The notes under the pieces: generated by a model
Databases searched by the model: none
Told to the model about the DNA's origin: nothing
What the model saw: only the letters and a program-made list of their open reading frames with translations
In this document: in pieces, positions 18,393 to 28,976 of the stretch
Numbering within the stretch: the stretch's first letter is position 1
Layout of the letters: every line of letters starts with the position of its first letter
Program-made: the position numbers and the translations under genes
Assembly: GCA_964611035.1 (NCBI GenBank)
Contig: CAZSWT010000001.1
Span: 2,320 to 66,319 of the forward strand
DNA: 64,000 bases
Origin: an uncultured Desulfobacteraceae bacterium
Lineage (GTDB): Bacteria; Desulfobacterota; DSM-4660; Desulfatiglandales; B25-G16
Direction: 5' to 3'

Positions 18393-18956
18393 TTGGGCAT
18401 GAAAAAAAGTCAAAGCAACATAAATAACCTCCCAAACACACTGAGTATTACAAGGCTCGTTTTCATTCCAGTAATTGTTATATGTCTATATTTTCCTGGA
18501 AAATTGGGAAGTTTCTTAGCTGCCTTCTTTTTTGGACTGGCCGCAATAACAGATCTTCTTGATGGTTTCTATGCCCGTAAACATAAAAAAATCACATCCC
18601 TGGGTAAATTTCTTGATCCTTTAGCTGACAAATTACTGGTTTCAGTAACCATGATCATGCTCATAACCCTGAGTAGAATTCCAGCCTGGGTTGTTATTCT
18701 GATTGTTGCAAGGGAAATGGCAGTAACAGGCCTGAGGGGTATTGCGGTGGTTGAGGGTAAGGTTATTGAGGCACATTCCCTCGGAAAATACAAGACAATA
18801 TTTCAAGTCGTGTCAGTTGTATGTCTCTGCCTGCACTACCAGTATCTACACATTGATTTCCATGTCGTTGGAATGACTTTCCTGTGGGCAGCCTTACTAT
18901 TAACGATGTGGTCTGGATGGGTATATTTTAGAATGACTAAAAAGATGCTGATCTAA
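18393..18956 (+). CDS. pgsA: CDP-diacylglycerol--glycerol-3-phosphate 3-phosphatidyltransferase
   Basis: PNTLS, TDLLDGFYAR…GKFLDPLADK, ARE; followed by tRNA-Gly/Cys. Confidence 0.93.
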   Translation: MGMKKSQSNINNLPNTLSITRLVFIPVIVICLYFPGKLGSFLAAFFFGLAAITDLLDGFYARKHKKITSLGKFLDPLADKLLVSVTMIMLITLSRIPAWVVILIVAREMAVTGLRGIAVVEGKVIEAHSLGKYKTIFQVVSVVCLCLHYQYLHIDFHVVGMTFLWAALLLTMWSGWVYFRMTKKMLI

Positions 18957-19004
18957 AAAACTTGACATTTTTTTCGAGAAGTAGTAAGAAATTTAAAAAA
19001 AAGA

Positions 19005-19080
19005 GCGGGAATAGCTCAGTTGGTAGAGCATCACGTTGCCAACGTGACGGTCGCCGGTTCAAGTCCGGTTTCCCGCTCCA
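19005..19080 (+). tRNA. tRNA-Gly (GCC)
   Basis: GCGGGAA…TTCCCGCTCCA; TCACG-TT-GCC-AA-CGTGA. Confidence 0.97.
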
Positions 19081-19086
19081 CTAAAA

Positions 19087-19162
19087 GGCGGCATAGCCAA
19101 GTGGCTAAGGCAGCGGTCTGCAAAACCGTTTTACACCGGTTCGAATCCGGTTGCCGCCTCCA
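19087..19162 (+). tRNA. tRNA-Cys (GCA)
   Basis: GGCGGCA…TGCCGCCTCCA; GCGGT-CT-GCA-AA-ACCGT. Confidence 0.97.
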
Positions 19163-19179
19163 AAAATTTACAATAATTT

Positions 19180-20088
19180 ATGGTCTCAAAAAAAACTACT
19201 ATCTTATTCCTTCCGAGAGGATTAAATAAAGTAAGAAAAATTACTATTTCTCGGAGTGCAATCTTTACCCTCCTCTTTTTTATCTTTATGATACTTCTGA
19301 GTGTCAGCTGGTTTACTGCCGATTACATAAAAATAAAGACCAAAATACCAGAATTACAGTATCTAAAAAAAGAAAATAGATTTCAAAAAACCCACATCAT
19401 TGCCTTAAGTAAAAAAATCAATCACATCAATCAAAACATGGCCAAGCTTCAGGAATTTGAGCGTAAGTTAAGGGTCATGACCAACTTAAAACCATCTAAG
19501 CAGCAAGATCAATTATTGTCGGTTGGGGGCTCAAATACAAGTACACTTGCATCAGGATATCAACTGGAGGAAGTGCGCAAGGGATTAATTCAGCAAATGC
19601 ATAAATCTTTAGAGTCCTTAGAAACAAAAACAGAAATCTCCTCCATATCTCAAAGCCAATTAAATGATTTTTTAAAAGCGCAGAAATCTATTCTGGCGTG
19701 CACACCATCTATCAGGCCAACAGATGGCTGGCTTTCTTCTGGATTTGGGTATAGGATCTCCCCCTTTACAAATCGAAGGGAATTTCACAAAGGAATTGAC
19801 ATAGCGACCAGGATCGGGACACCAGTCATTACCTCTGCCGATGGATTAGTCGTACATGCGAGCAAAGAAGGCAACTTCGGAAAGATGATTGCTATTAACC
19901 ACGGATACAATTTAAAAACACGATACGGACACCTGAGTAAAATCCGGATAAAAAAGGGGCAACATGTTAAAAGAGGCCAAATTATAGGAGAGGTTGGAAA
20001 TACCGGCCGATGCACAGGCCCTCACCTACACTATGAGGTACTCCTTAATGGTGTACCTGTAAATCCTCTCCGTTTTATACTCAATTGA
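19180..20088 (+). CDS. M23 family metallopeptidase
   Basis: TM plus coiled coil, then HKGID, YGHL, TGPHLHYEV. Confidence 0.93.
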   Translation: MVSKKTTILFLPRGLNKVRKITISRSAIFTLLFFIFMILLSVSWFTADYIKIKTKIPELQYLKKENRFQKTHIIALSKKINHINQNMAKLQEFERKLRVMTNLKPSKQQDQLLSVGGSNTSTLASGYQLEEVRKGLIQQMHKSLESLETKTEISSISQSQLNDFLKAQKSILACTPSIRPTDGWLSSGFGYRISPFTNRREFHKGIDIATRIGTPVITSADGLVVHASKEGNFGKMIAINHGYNLKTRYGHLSKIRIKKGQHVKRGQIIGEVGNTGRCTGPHLHYEVLLNGVPVNPLRFILN

Positions 20089-20284
20089 TGTGCACCTCAC
20101 CTGTTTGATTCTTTCCCATAACCACTCCCAGTTTTTTATTCTGCCATGTAAATTCACTCTCTCTTTGCAAAAATACAATTTATTGTGTAAAATTCAAGAA
20201 ATTACGGAACAGATTTAATTGGCACTTGAATTTTTGAATATAAAAGTTTAATCAGAAGTAATAACAATTTTAAGGAAATTTTTT

Positions 20285-23119
20285 ATGCTGGGTAAGATTT
20301 TTAAAACAATTATTGGAAGCAAAAACGATAGAGAGCTTAAAAAACTTGCCCCAATAGTTGAAAAAATCAATGAATTTGAACCCCTGTTTAAAGGGCTTAG
20401 TGACGACCAACTAAAGAACAAGACAGGAGAATTTAAGCAAAGAATAGCAAAGGGCGAATCTTTAGATGATATCTTACCGGAGGCCTATGCTGCAGTCAGA
20501 GAGGTTTCTGTAAGGGTCTTAGGCATGAGACATTTTGATGTACAACTCGTAGGAGGCATTGTTCTACATCGCGGCAACATAGCAGAAATGAAAACAGGTG
20601 AAGGCAAAACCCTGGCTGCCACTCTCCCTTTATACTTAAATGCCCTCTTAGAACATGGGAGTCACCTGATTACGGTGAATGATTATTTGGCAAGAAGAGA
20701 CGCCGAGTGGATGGGTGGAATATATCGATTCCTCGGGTTGTCGGTAGGTGTAATTGTACATGATATGGATGATCAGACAAGAAAGGCTGCCTATAACTCT
20801 GATATCACCTACGGCACTAACAATGAATTCGGTTTTGATTACCTCAGAGACAATATGAAGTACTCATTTGAAGACTGCGTACAGAGAGATCTCCATTTTG
20901 CCATTGTGGATGAGGTGGATAGCATTCTCATAGATGAAGCGAGAACTCCTCTGATAATCTCAGGCCCCATCGAGCGCAGCCAAGACCCCTTTTATGCGAC
21001 AGTAAAGCCTTCGATCATGAAATTTAAGGAGCATCAGGATAGGGTAATTCGAAATATTCTTAATAAAGCGCAGACATTATTGAGAGAAGGTAATGATGAT
21101 GACAAAGTAATCGAATTGCTCCTTCAGGTTAAGCGAGGCAGCCCAAAAAATCCACGGTTTTTAGACATCATTGCAGAGGACCCTGGATTAAAAAAAGGAA
21201 TCGATAGGATGGAATCTCTCCTAAGATCCCAAAAGTCCCTGTCTGCCCTGGATGAAGAACTCTATTGCATTATCGAAGAGCAAGATCACAGTGCAAACTG
21301 GACAGATAAAGGGCTTAGTCTGTTGTCTGGAGACCAGCAAGACGCCTTTATCGTCCCTGACCTGAGCCAGGGATTACAAGAAATAGATAGCGATCCTCAT
21401 TTGAATTTCAAGGAAAAGAAAAAAAGAAAAAGAGAATTAGAGGCAAAATACTCAGAGACATCTGAAAGGATGCATGCAGCCCAGCAACTCATTAAGGCAT
21501 ACTGGCTTTTTAATAAGGATGTAGATTACGTAGTTAAGGATGGTCAGGTAATAATTGTGGATGAGTTCACCGGTAGGCTTATGCCAGGCAGGAGGTGGAG
21601 CGATGGATTGCATCAGGCAATTGAGGCCAAGGAAGGTGTTAATGTGGCAGAAGAGAATCAAACCCTGGCAACCATAACCTTTCAAAATTATTTCAGGATG
21701 TATGAAAAACTTGCTGGAATGACCGGAACAGCCGACACAGAGGCCCCAGAATTCAAAAAGATCTATGACCTTGATGTATTTGTCATACCAACCCATAAAA
21801 AAATGATCAGGAAAGACTTTACAGACGTTATTTACAAGACTGAAAGAGAGAAATTTAACGCGGTGTCCAAAGAAATCAATGATCTGCATAAAAAGGGGCA
21901 ACCAGTCTTGGTTGGCACTATATCAATAGAAAAATCAGAGATGCTGAGCAAAATGTTAAGACAAGCCGGTATCAAACATCAGGTCTTAAATGCAAAAAAT
22001 CATGAACGAGAGGCCGAAATTATCGCCCAAGCAGGGCAAAATGGAACTGTGACCATATCCACAAATATGGCTGGGAGAGGAACTGATATAGTATTAGGAG
22101 CTGGCGTACCAGAGCTGGGTGGCTTACATATCCTTGGCACAGCAAGACATGAAAGCAGAAGGATCGATAATCAGCTAAGAGGACGTTCAGGACGTCAGGG
22201 AGACCAAGGTTCATCGCGGTTTTATCTCTCGTTAGAAGATGATCTTATGAGAGTCTTCGGCTCAGAAAGGATTGCCTCTGTCATGGACAGGCTTGGGATG
22301 GAAGAGGATCAACCAATAGAGCACCAAATCATCTCGAGAGCAATTGAAGGAGCCCAGAAAAGAGTTGAGGCTATAAACTTCAACATACGAAAAAATCTCC
22401 TTGAATATGACGATGTAATGAACCAGCAACGAAAGGTTATATACAGCCAGAGAAGAGAGATACTCAAGGGTGAAAACCTCAAAGAAACCATTATGGATAT
22501 GATTAACGAGTTGGTAGAAGCTGCAGTGTTAGATGCCACGAACCCCAAAATCTTTCCTGAAGAATGGAACTTAAGCCCACTTTCAGACTATATATATAAT
22601 ATATTCGGGTTCTTGTTCCAATTTTCTCACGCAGAACTAAAGGATCTCACGCAGGAAACTTTAATAGATACACTCAAACAGCAGGTCATAGATCTCTATG
22701 AGAGAAAGGAGCAAGAGGCCGATCCTGAATCCTTTCTTTTTCTACAAAAAATTGCAATGTTGAGGGCAATTGATGAACTCTGGATGGATCACCTCCTGGG
22801 AATGGACCAGCTCAAAGAAGGAATAGGCTTGAGGGGATACGGCCAAATGGACCCCCTTAAAGAGTATCAGAAAGAGGGGTATAGCATGTTCGTTTCCATG
22901 ATAGAAGGAATTAAAGAAAATACCCTCAAAACACTTTTTAGGATTCGAATTGCACCCCAGGAACAGCCATCCATCGTAGTTCCAAAAAAGGAAATGGTTC
23001 TCAGTCATGGAGGCAACGGTGGCAGTTCCCCTGTTAAACGCAAAACACCTAAGGTAGGAAGAAATGATCCCTGTCCATGCGGGAGCGGGAAAAAATACAA
23101 GTACTGTTGTGGGAGATGA
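20285..23119 (+). CDS. secA: Preprotein translocase ATPase SecA
   Basis: [29 protein letters not shown]-terminal SEC-C ([13 protein letters not shown]). Confidence 0.99.
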   Translation: MLGKIFKTIIGSKNDRELKKLAPIVEKINEFEPLFKGLSDDQLKNKTGEFKQRIAKGESLDDILPEAYAAVREVSVRVLGMRHFDVQLVGGIVLHRGNIAEMKTGEGKTLAATLPLYLNALLEHGSHLITVNDYLARRDAEWMGGIYRFLGLSVGVIVHDMDDQTRKAAYNSDITYGTNNEFGFDYLRDNMKYSFEDCVQRDLHFAIVDEVDSILIDEARTPLIISGPIERSQDPFYATVKPSIMKFKEHQDRVIRNILNKAQTLLREGNDDDKVIELLLQVKRGSPKNPRFLDIIAEDPGLKKGIDRMESLLRSQKSLSALDEELYCIIEEQDHSANWTDKGLSLLSGDQQDAFIVPDLSQGLQEIDSDPHLNFKEKKKRKRELEAKYSETSERMHAAQQLIKAYWLFNKDVDYVVKDGQVIIVDEFTGRLMPGRRWSDGLHQAIEAKEGVNVAEENQTLATITFQNYFRMYEKLAGMTGTADTEAPEFKKIYDLDVFVIPTHKKMIRKDFTDVIYKTEREKFNAVSKEINDLHKKGQPVLVGTISIEKSEMLSKMLRQAGIKHQVLNAKNHEREAEIIAQAGQNGTVTISTNMAGRGTDIVLGAGVPELGGLHILGTARHESRRIDNQLRGRSGRQGDQGSSRFYLSLEDDLMRVFGSERIASVMDRLGMEEDQPIEHQIISRAIEGAQKRVEAINFNIRKNLLEYDDVMNQQRKVIYSQRREILKGENLKETIMDMINELVEAAVLDATNPKIFPEEWNLSPLSDYIYNIFGFLFQFSHAELKDLTQETLIDTLKQQVIDLYERKEQEADPESFLFLQKIAMLRAIDELWMDHLLGMDQLKEGIGLRGYGQMDPLKEYQKEGYSMFVSMIEGIKENTLKTLFRIRIAPQEQPSIVVPKKEMVLSHGGNGGSSPVKRKTPKVGRNDPCPCGSGKKYKYCCGR

Positions 23120-24309
23120 AAAAAGATACTAATTATTTAGTTCCAGGGTTTCTTGCCTCTGCCGTTTCTGCTGGCCTCAAGAAAACCAGTGATCTGGATC
23201 TTTCTTTGATCTTTTCCCAAAGGAAAGCAGTAGCAGCAGGCGTATTCACCACAAATAAAGTGAAGGCTGCCCCTATTCTATTAAGTCAGGAAAGGATACA
23301 AAAAGGTTTTTTACGGGCAGTTATTGCTAATGCGGGGTATGCAAATGCCTGTACAGGCACTCAGGGACTCCATGATGCCATTCAAACAGCAGATATGGTC
23401 TCAAAGAGATTAAAGATCCCTCCAGAGGAAACAGTTGTTGCCTCGACAGGGGTCATTGGTGCCTATCTGCCATGTAATCTGATAAAAAAGGCCCTTCCAA
23501 ACCTGGTAAAAAATCTCTCCCCCCACAATTTTGAATCGGTTGCCAAGGCATTAATGACTACCGACTCCTTTCCCAAAATGAGTTTCTTTGAAGGGCAAGC
23601 TGACAGACACCCCTTTCACTTATTGGGAATAGCGAAAGGAGCAGGTATGATCATGCCGAATATGGCGACAATGCTCTCCTTTCTGCTTACAGACATAAAT
23701 ATTGATTCCCAGACCTTATGGCCTCTCTTTCGGTCAGCCGTTGAGTGTACCTTCAACCGGATCACGGTAGACGGAGAGACCAGCACCAATGATATGGTTT
23801 TGATTATGGCTAACGGGGTTGCAGGAAACAGAACATTAACTACAACAGATTTAAAGGAATTTGAAAGGGGCTTAACTGATGTTATGGGGGAGTTGGCGTA
23901 CATGATTGCAAAAGACGGTGAGGGCGCCACAAAGACAGTGATAATTGAGGTACATGGTGCAGCATCAAAAGATGATGCACATACAGCCGCTCGAATTGTT
24001 GGCAACTCTAACCTTGTCAAAACCACAATATTTGGCCAGGATCCTAACTGGGGCCGCATCATGGCTGCCCTTGGAAGGGCTGGAGTTACAATGGAGGAAA
24101 ATAAGGTTCAGATCTGGATAGAAGGGATAAAGATAGTAGATGGTGGTCTCATGACCAGCGAAGAAGAAGAAAGAAAAGCAGCTGAAAAAATGAAAAGGGA
24201 ACAAATAACAATTATCATCCACTTGAATCAAGGAGAATGGAAAGACAGGATCACAACCTGTGATCTTACCTATGATTATATACGGATTAATGCCGGATAT
24301 AGAACCTGA
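23116..24309 (+). CDS. argJ: Glutamate N-acetyltransferase / amino-acid acetyltransferase
   Basis: [47 protein letters not shown]; start reset to ATG overlapping the secA stop (ATGA). Confidence 0.96.
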   Translation: MKKDTNYLVPGFLASAVSAGLKKTSDLDLSLIFSQRKAVAAGVFTTNKVKAAPILLSQERIQKGFLRAVIANAGYANACTGTQGLHDAIQTADMVSKRLKIPPEETVVASTGVIGAYLPCNLIKKALPNLVKNLSPHNFESVAKALMTTDSFPKMSFFEGQADRHPFHLLGIAKGAGMIMPNMATMLSFLLTDINIDSQTLWPLFRSAVECTFNRITVDGETSTNDMVLIMANGVAGNRTLTTTDLKEFERGLTDVMGELAYMIAKDGEGATKTVIIEVHGAASKDDAHTAARIVGNSNLVKTTIFGQDPNWGRIMAALGRAGVTMEENKVQIWIEGIKIVDGGLMTSEEEERKAAEKMKREQITIIIHLNQGEWKDRITTCDLTYDYIRINAGYRT

Positions 24310-24330
24310 AATGACGAACATGCGTAAAGT

Positions 24331-24797
24331 GAACTAAAGTGCACTTATCACTTTAGCTCTTTGCAATTACTCGGTGAGTGAGCATGAGGATGTCTTTTTT
24401 CCCCGGCAGAATGCCGGCGGGTTTATATCATGCCCGCCTGCCAGATGGCGGGCAGGCCCTCAAGATTATGGATTTCATGAGGAGCACGTGTATGTCTTTT
24501 TTTATCTATGCCTTTAAACATGGGGCCTCACAGGATCCCGATAATCGGGATGTAGAGCAACTCGGCCTTATCCGCTTATGCGGAATGTGCTCCGCCTGGC
24601 ACATCCCGATTATCGGGATCACGCCGATACATTTATTATAAGGCATGAGTAAAAAAAGACATACACGTGCTCCTTTACTTGCAGGAGCAAAAAAAGACAT
24701 TCCCATGCTCATGCGTTTCACCAAGGATAACTATATGGCCTTGATTAAAGACAAGGAGTAGTTATCAAAGAGCTAAAGTGATACGGGTGCCTAAAGG
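24331..24797. mobile_element. Four-layer nested inverted-repeat (MITE-like) structure
   Basis: IR pairs: 24347-24363/24766-24782 (17/17), 24379-24400/24690-24711 (20/22), 24480-24503/24651-24674 (24/24), 24534-24553/24601-24620 (20/20). Confidence 0.8.
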
Positions 24798-24805
24798 TAT
24801 AAGTG

Positions 24806-24850
24806 AACACAACAAACTCAATAGACTCAACAAACCCAATAAACCCAATG
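24806..24850 (+). repeat. Five tandem degenerate 9-mers (AACNCAAYA) ending in the epimerase ATG
   Basis: AACACAACA AACTCAATA GACTCAACA AACCCAATA AACCCAATG. Confidence 0.85.
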
Positions 24851-25822
24851 ACAGATAATCAACACACAACCTTAGTAACAGGAGTAGCTGGTTTTATCGG
24901 CTTTCACACAGCCAAAGCACTCCTTGAAAGGAATAATAGAGTAATCGGCATCGATAACCTCAACACCTATTATGATGTCTCATTAAAAAAGGCGAGACTG
25001 GCACAGCTCATTTCCCATGATAATTTCACGTTCTATCATGAAACTATTAACAATTTAGATGCCCTACAAAAGATATTCTCTCAAAACCACATAGATAAAA
25101 TCTGTAATTTAGCAGCCCAGGCAGGCGTGAGATACTCCATTGAAAATCCCTTCACCTATCAGGAAAGTAATATTAAAGGTTTTCTTAATCTATTAGAAAT
25201 GGCACGGCAATTCCCTGTACATAATTTTGTGTTTGCCTCCTCATCATCTGTCTATGGTAATAATACAAAGCTGCCTTTTAGTGTTGAAGACAATGTTAAC
25301 GCCCCAATCTCCCTTTACGCAGCAACCAAAAGATCTGATGAGTTAATGGCATTCACGTATAGTCATCTTTATAACATTCCCTTAACCGGACTCAGGTATT
25401 TCACAGTATATGGACCATGGGGAAGGCCGGATATGGCCCTTTTTATTTTTACCAGGGCCATACTGAATGAAAGGCCCATAGATATCTATAATTTTGGAAA
25501 AATGAAAAGGGATTTTACCTTCATAGATGATATTGTGGATGGAACGATCTCCTCCCTCAATAATCCTTTTAAATATGAACTGTTTAATCTTGGTAATTCA
25601 AAAACCGTACAACTCATGGATCTCATTACACTTATTGAGGAAGAACTGGGGATAGAGGCGAAGAAAAAGTTCCTTCCTCTTCAGCCTGGTGATGTACCTG
25701 AAACATATGCCGATATAGAAAAGACGAAAAAAATGCTGGGTTTTAATCCTAAAACTTCAATAAAGACCGGAATTAGAAAATTCATTGATTGGTATAGATA
25801 TTATTATACGATACGCGAGTAA
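24848..25822 (+). CDS. NAD-dependent epimerase, UDP-glucuronate 4-epimerase type
   Basis: GVAGFIG, NLAAQAGVRYS, YAATK, YGPWGRPDMA; start reset to ATG 24848. Confidence 0.9.
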   Translation: MTDNQHTTLVTGVAGFIGFHTAKALLERNNRVIGIDNLNTYYDVSLKKARLAQLISHDNFTFYHETINNLDALQKIFSQNHIDKICNLAAQAGVRYSIENPFTYQESNIKGFLNLLEMARQFPVHNFVFASSSSVYGNNTKLPFSVEDNVNAPISLYAATKRSDELMAFTYSHLYNIPLTGLRYFTVYGPWGRPDMALFIFTRAILNERPIDIYNFGKMKRDFTFIDDIVDGTISSLNNPFKYELFNLGNSKTVQLMDLITLIEEELGIEAKKKFLPLQPGDVPETYADIEKTKKMLGFNPKTSIKTGIRKFIDWYRYYYTIRE

Positions 25823-25906
25823 AAAAATAATCACTTTATTTTTTTATGAAACGTATACCGAAATTTTATACATTTTCTTTCTATTTTTTTTGTTCCTGAT
25901 CATTTG

Positions 25907-25935
25907 ATTGACTTTATGTATTAAAGATAGTATGG
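25907..25935 (+). promoter_or_regulatory. Sigma70-type promoter for the 118-aa gene / PP2C-cyclase unit
   Basis: TTGACT-N17-TATGGT. Confidence 0.45.
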
Positions 25936-26003
25936 TGCAAAAAATTTATGCAAAATTCCTTTTACCTCGCTAAAATTGGGCATGTAGAACCAAGATTATA
26001 GAA

Positions 26004-26360
26004 GTGGGAAAAGTATCCAAAATAATTATAATAGTAGTAATAAGCCTCGCTCTCGTATCCTTTTTCTTAGGTATCTATATAACTGTTGACGAAAAAATAC
26101 CCGACAGTGCAGTAGTTGTTGTAACCTTAGAAGATAAACTATATCATTCTATCCACTTTGATTATATCTGCGTTGCGCAAAAAACAGCCAGGACTATGCT
26201 CTTATCTGAGGCAAAGGAGAAAGGTTTCAAACTCGACTCACATTGTCAAGACCTCGGTTATTTTAGAGGTAACAGGCTTTTTCTTTACCAATACATCCTC
26301 TCAAAGCTTGGGATGCAATATAACAGCCGCTGGGATAAAAACGGCAATTGGCTATGGTAG
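26004..26360 (+). CDS. Membrane-anchored hypothetical protein, possible small metal-binding domain
   Basis: N-terminal TM; K-x-YH…C…EAKEKGF…HC pattern. Confidence 0.7.
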   Translation: MGKVSKIIIIVVISLALVSFFLGIYITVDEKIPDSAVVVVTLEDKLYHSIHFDYICVAQKTARTMLLSEAKEKGFKLDSHCQDLGYFRGNRLFLYQYILSKLGMQYNSRWDKNGNWLW

Positions 26361-26488
26361 TGCCAAAGCTGTTGATCAATGCCCCCTCCATGATAGTATC
26401 TAATAAGAGAAATTCTTGACTTATTTATTATTTTTCAGTTACATTCTAATTATTGCCAAAATAGCAACTATAATAACGCCCACTGATA

Positions 26489-27277
26489 GTGCTGAAGGCC
26501 GAGACAGTTATGCAATTTGCATTCTTTGGAACCTCTGATATAGGCCGTCATCGTAAATATAACGAAGATAGTTATCTTTGTAATCCAAAAGAAAAACTGT
26601 TTCTTATTGCAGACGGAATTGGCGGGCAAGCTGCAGGTGAAATAGCCAGCAACCTTGCAATCAGGAACATAGAAGAATTTGTTGTTCGTTCACGTGCTGA
26701 AGATATAACCTGGCCCATACCTTATAATAATGAATTTACGTTAGAACAAAACAGTCTTCTTGCAGGAGCCACGTTAGCCAACCGCAAGGTACACGAGCTC
26801 GCAAATCAGAATCCGTCAATGAAAGGGATGGGAACAACCCTTGTTGGGGTCATCATTAAAGGAAATCAACTTGCTATTTTAAACATAGGAGATAGCCGCT
26901 TATACAGGATTAGGGCTGGAGAGATAGAACAAATTACCCAAGATCACACTGTAGCAGGAGAACAGGAAAAGTTGGGGCTCCTGACAAAAGAAGAGGCCTC
27001 TAATCATCCCCAGAAACATATTCTCACGAGTGCCCTTGGGATTGAAGTTGCGGAAAAGCTTAGAATGGACCTTTCCCTTATTGATATACAAAAAAAAGAT
27101 TTATACCTGATGTGTTCTGATGGATTGAATGATATGCTTAGTGATAAAGAAATACTGGCAGCAATTAATTCTTCTAAAAAAAAATCCCTTGAAAAAATGA
27201 GTCTTTCATTGACGCAACAGGCCAATCGTGCTGGGGGACAAGACAATATAACCATTATCCTGCTGTCTTTTTATTAA
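26489..27277 (+). CDS. PP2C/Stp1-family Ser/Thr phosphatase
   Basis: DIGRHR…NED, ADGIGG, GMGTT, IGDSR, CSDGL, GGQDNIT. Confidence 0.95.
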   Translation: MLKAETVMQFAFFGTSDIGRHRKYNEDSYLCNPKEKLFLIADGIGGQAAGEIASNLAIRNIEEFVVRSRAEDITWPIPYNNEFTLEQNSLLAGATLANRKVHELANQNPSMKGMGTTLVGVIIKGNQLAILNIGDSRLYRIRAGEIEQITQDHTVAGEQEKLGLLTKEEASNHPQKHILTSALGIEVAEKLRMDLSLIDIQKKDLYLMCSDGLNDMLSDKEILAAINSSKKKSLEKMSLSLTQQANRAGGQDNITIILLSFY

Positions 27278-27295
27278 AACATAGGAAAAAACAAT

Positions 27296-28948
27296 ATGCC
27301 AATCTTAGATATCACAACCTATGATGGCAAACAACTTCGTCGTAAGGTCGAAAAAGAAACATTTACCATAGGCAGAAGTAACGACAACAACCTTACCCTT
27401 TCTGATAAAAGCGTTTCTCGTCATCATACTGAGATAAAAAAAACAAAAGAAGGCTATCTTCTCACCGACCTTGGGAGCTATAATGGTACAAAAGTCAATG
27501 GAAAACTCACTCAGAGTGTCCTCCTAAAACACAACGACAAAATAAAAATTGGCCTTACAAGCCTGATTTTTCTCGTCGAAAAAAAAGACGCAGTATCACA
27601 AGAAAGCTCTCTTGTTCTCACCACAGATAGCGATTATGAAAATGAACACAAAGAGGTATTAAAAAGCCTCTCACAAAGTAGTGCCATTGACTCAAAAGGG
27701 CTTTTAGTTTCTCCAGTAGCTATAAAAACCCCAAAAGAAGCTGCTATTTCTGCCCCTCCAGAAGAGACTCAGACTGAATTAGAACGAAGCAACAAGGTGC
27801 TCTTTGTGCTTTACGAAATCAGTCGCCAGCTTAACACCATCCATGATTTCAAAGAACTCCTGAAAAGAATAATGGACCTTATCTTTATGGTAATTAGGGC
27901 TGATTACGGTTTTTTGGTCCTTATCGGAGATGAAACAGAAGATCAGCTCATTCCTATGGTAGTGAAATATAGGGACAATCGAGAAAAAGATAGTGGAAAA
28001 TTAAAGGCGAGCCAGACGTTAATCCATAAAGTAATACATGATAAAGTTGCGATATTAACATCAAATGCTATGACAGATTCTCGATTTAGTGGTGCCAAAA
28101 GTCTATTTATACGGAAAATCAGATCAGCCATCTGTGTGCCACTCTGGAGAAAAGACAAAATTATTGGTGTTATTCAACTCGACAGTATACGGTTTGATAA
28201 TCAATTTACCCAGGATGATCTCGAGTTACTTAAGGCCATAGGAAGTCAGATGGCCATGATAATTGAACAGGCCAACCTTAATGAGCAGATACGGCAAGAA
28301 GAGATAATGAGAAGCCGTCTGGAACGATTCCACTCTCCCCAGGTTATTGAAATGATCTTAAAAGGAAGTCAAGAGACGAAAGACAACATAATGGAGCCAA
28401 AGGATCTCACTGCAACCATACTCTTTACAGATATTATTGACTTTACACAACTCGCGGAACAAAGTCCTCCGCGAGAAACAAATATAATCCTTAATCAATA
28501 TTTTTCAATAATGACAGATATTGTCTTTAGCTACGGAGGTACGCTCGATAAGTATATAGGCGATGGCTTGATGGTTGTTTTCGGTGCCCCAATGGAAAGA
28601 GAAGATGATGCGGAAAGGGCAATTCTAGCTGCCAAGGAAATGAAACGCCAACTGGCAGTGATGATGGCCACACAAGAAGGTCATAGAAAAAAATTTGATA
28701 TACGGATAGGAATAAATACAGGGCGTGTGGTTGCTGGAAATATTGGCTCTCCTAAGCGGATGGATTACACAGTTATAGGAGACCCAGTCAATATTGCCTC
28801 ACGATTAGAATCAATTGCCAAGCCGAATCAAATCCTTATTGGAGAGGAAACATATAGGACTGTGAAGGGCAAATTCAAAATAAAAAAAATTGGCCCAAAA
28901 AAAGTGAAAGGAAAAAGCGCGGAGATTATGGTGTATGAAGTTATGTAG
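27296..28948 (+). CDS. FHA-GAF-class III adenylate cyclase
   Basis: FHA GRS…SVSRHH…NGT; GAF SAICVPL; cyclase FTDIIDF, DKYIGDG, YTVIGDPVNIASRLE. Confidence 0.94.
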   Translation: MPILDITTYDGKQLRRKVEKETFTIGRSNDNNLTLSDKSVSRHHTEIKKTKEGYLLTDLGSYNGTKVNGKLTQSVLLKHNDKIKIGLTSLIFLVEKKDAVSQESSLVLTTDSDYENEHKEVLKSLSQSSAIDSKGLLVSPVAIKTPKEAAISAPPEETQTELERSNKVLFVLYEISRQLNTIHDFKELLKRIMDLIFMVIRADYGFLVLIGDETEDQLIPMVVKYRDNREKDSGKLKASQTLIHKVIHDKVAILTSNAMTDSRFSGAKSLFIRKIRSAICVPLWRKDKIIGVIQLDSIRFDNQFTQDDLELLKAIGSQMAMIIEQANLNEQIRQEEIMRSRLERFHSPQVIEMILKGSQETKDNIMEPKDLTATILFTDIIDFTQLAEQSPPRETNIILNQYFSIMTDIVFSYGGTLDKYIGDGLMVVFGAPMEREDDAERAILAAKEMKRQLAVMMATQEGHRKKFDIRIGINTGRVVAGNIGSPKRMDYTVIGDPVNIASRLESIAKPNQILIGEETYRTVKGKFKIKKIGPKKVKGKSAEIMVYEVM

Positions 28949-28976
28949 ACTCTAAAATTTTCTTTTAGCTACCTGA

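Noticed and set aside
23077-23115. ArgJ start at 23077 (likewise the longer starts for the epimerase 24803, ndk 40919, ORF 40054, ORF 39900)
   Set aside because: Downstream ATGs have better RBS or stop-start coupling and coincide with where family similarity begins
24378-24724. ORFs 24378-24641 and 24506-24724
   Set aside because: They are by-products of the nested palindromic elements, with no RBS and no protein-like pattern
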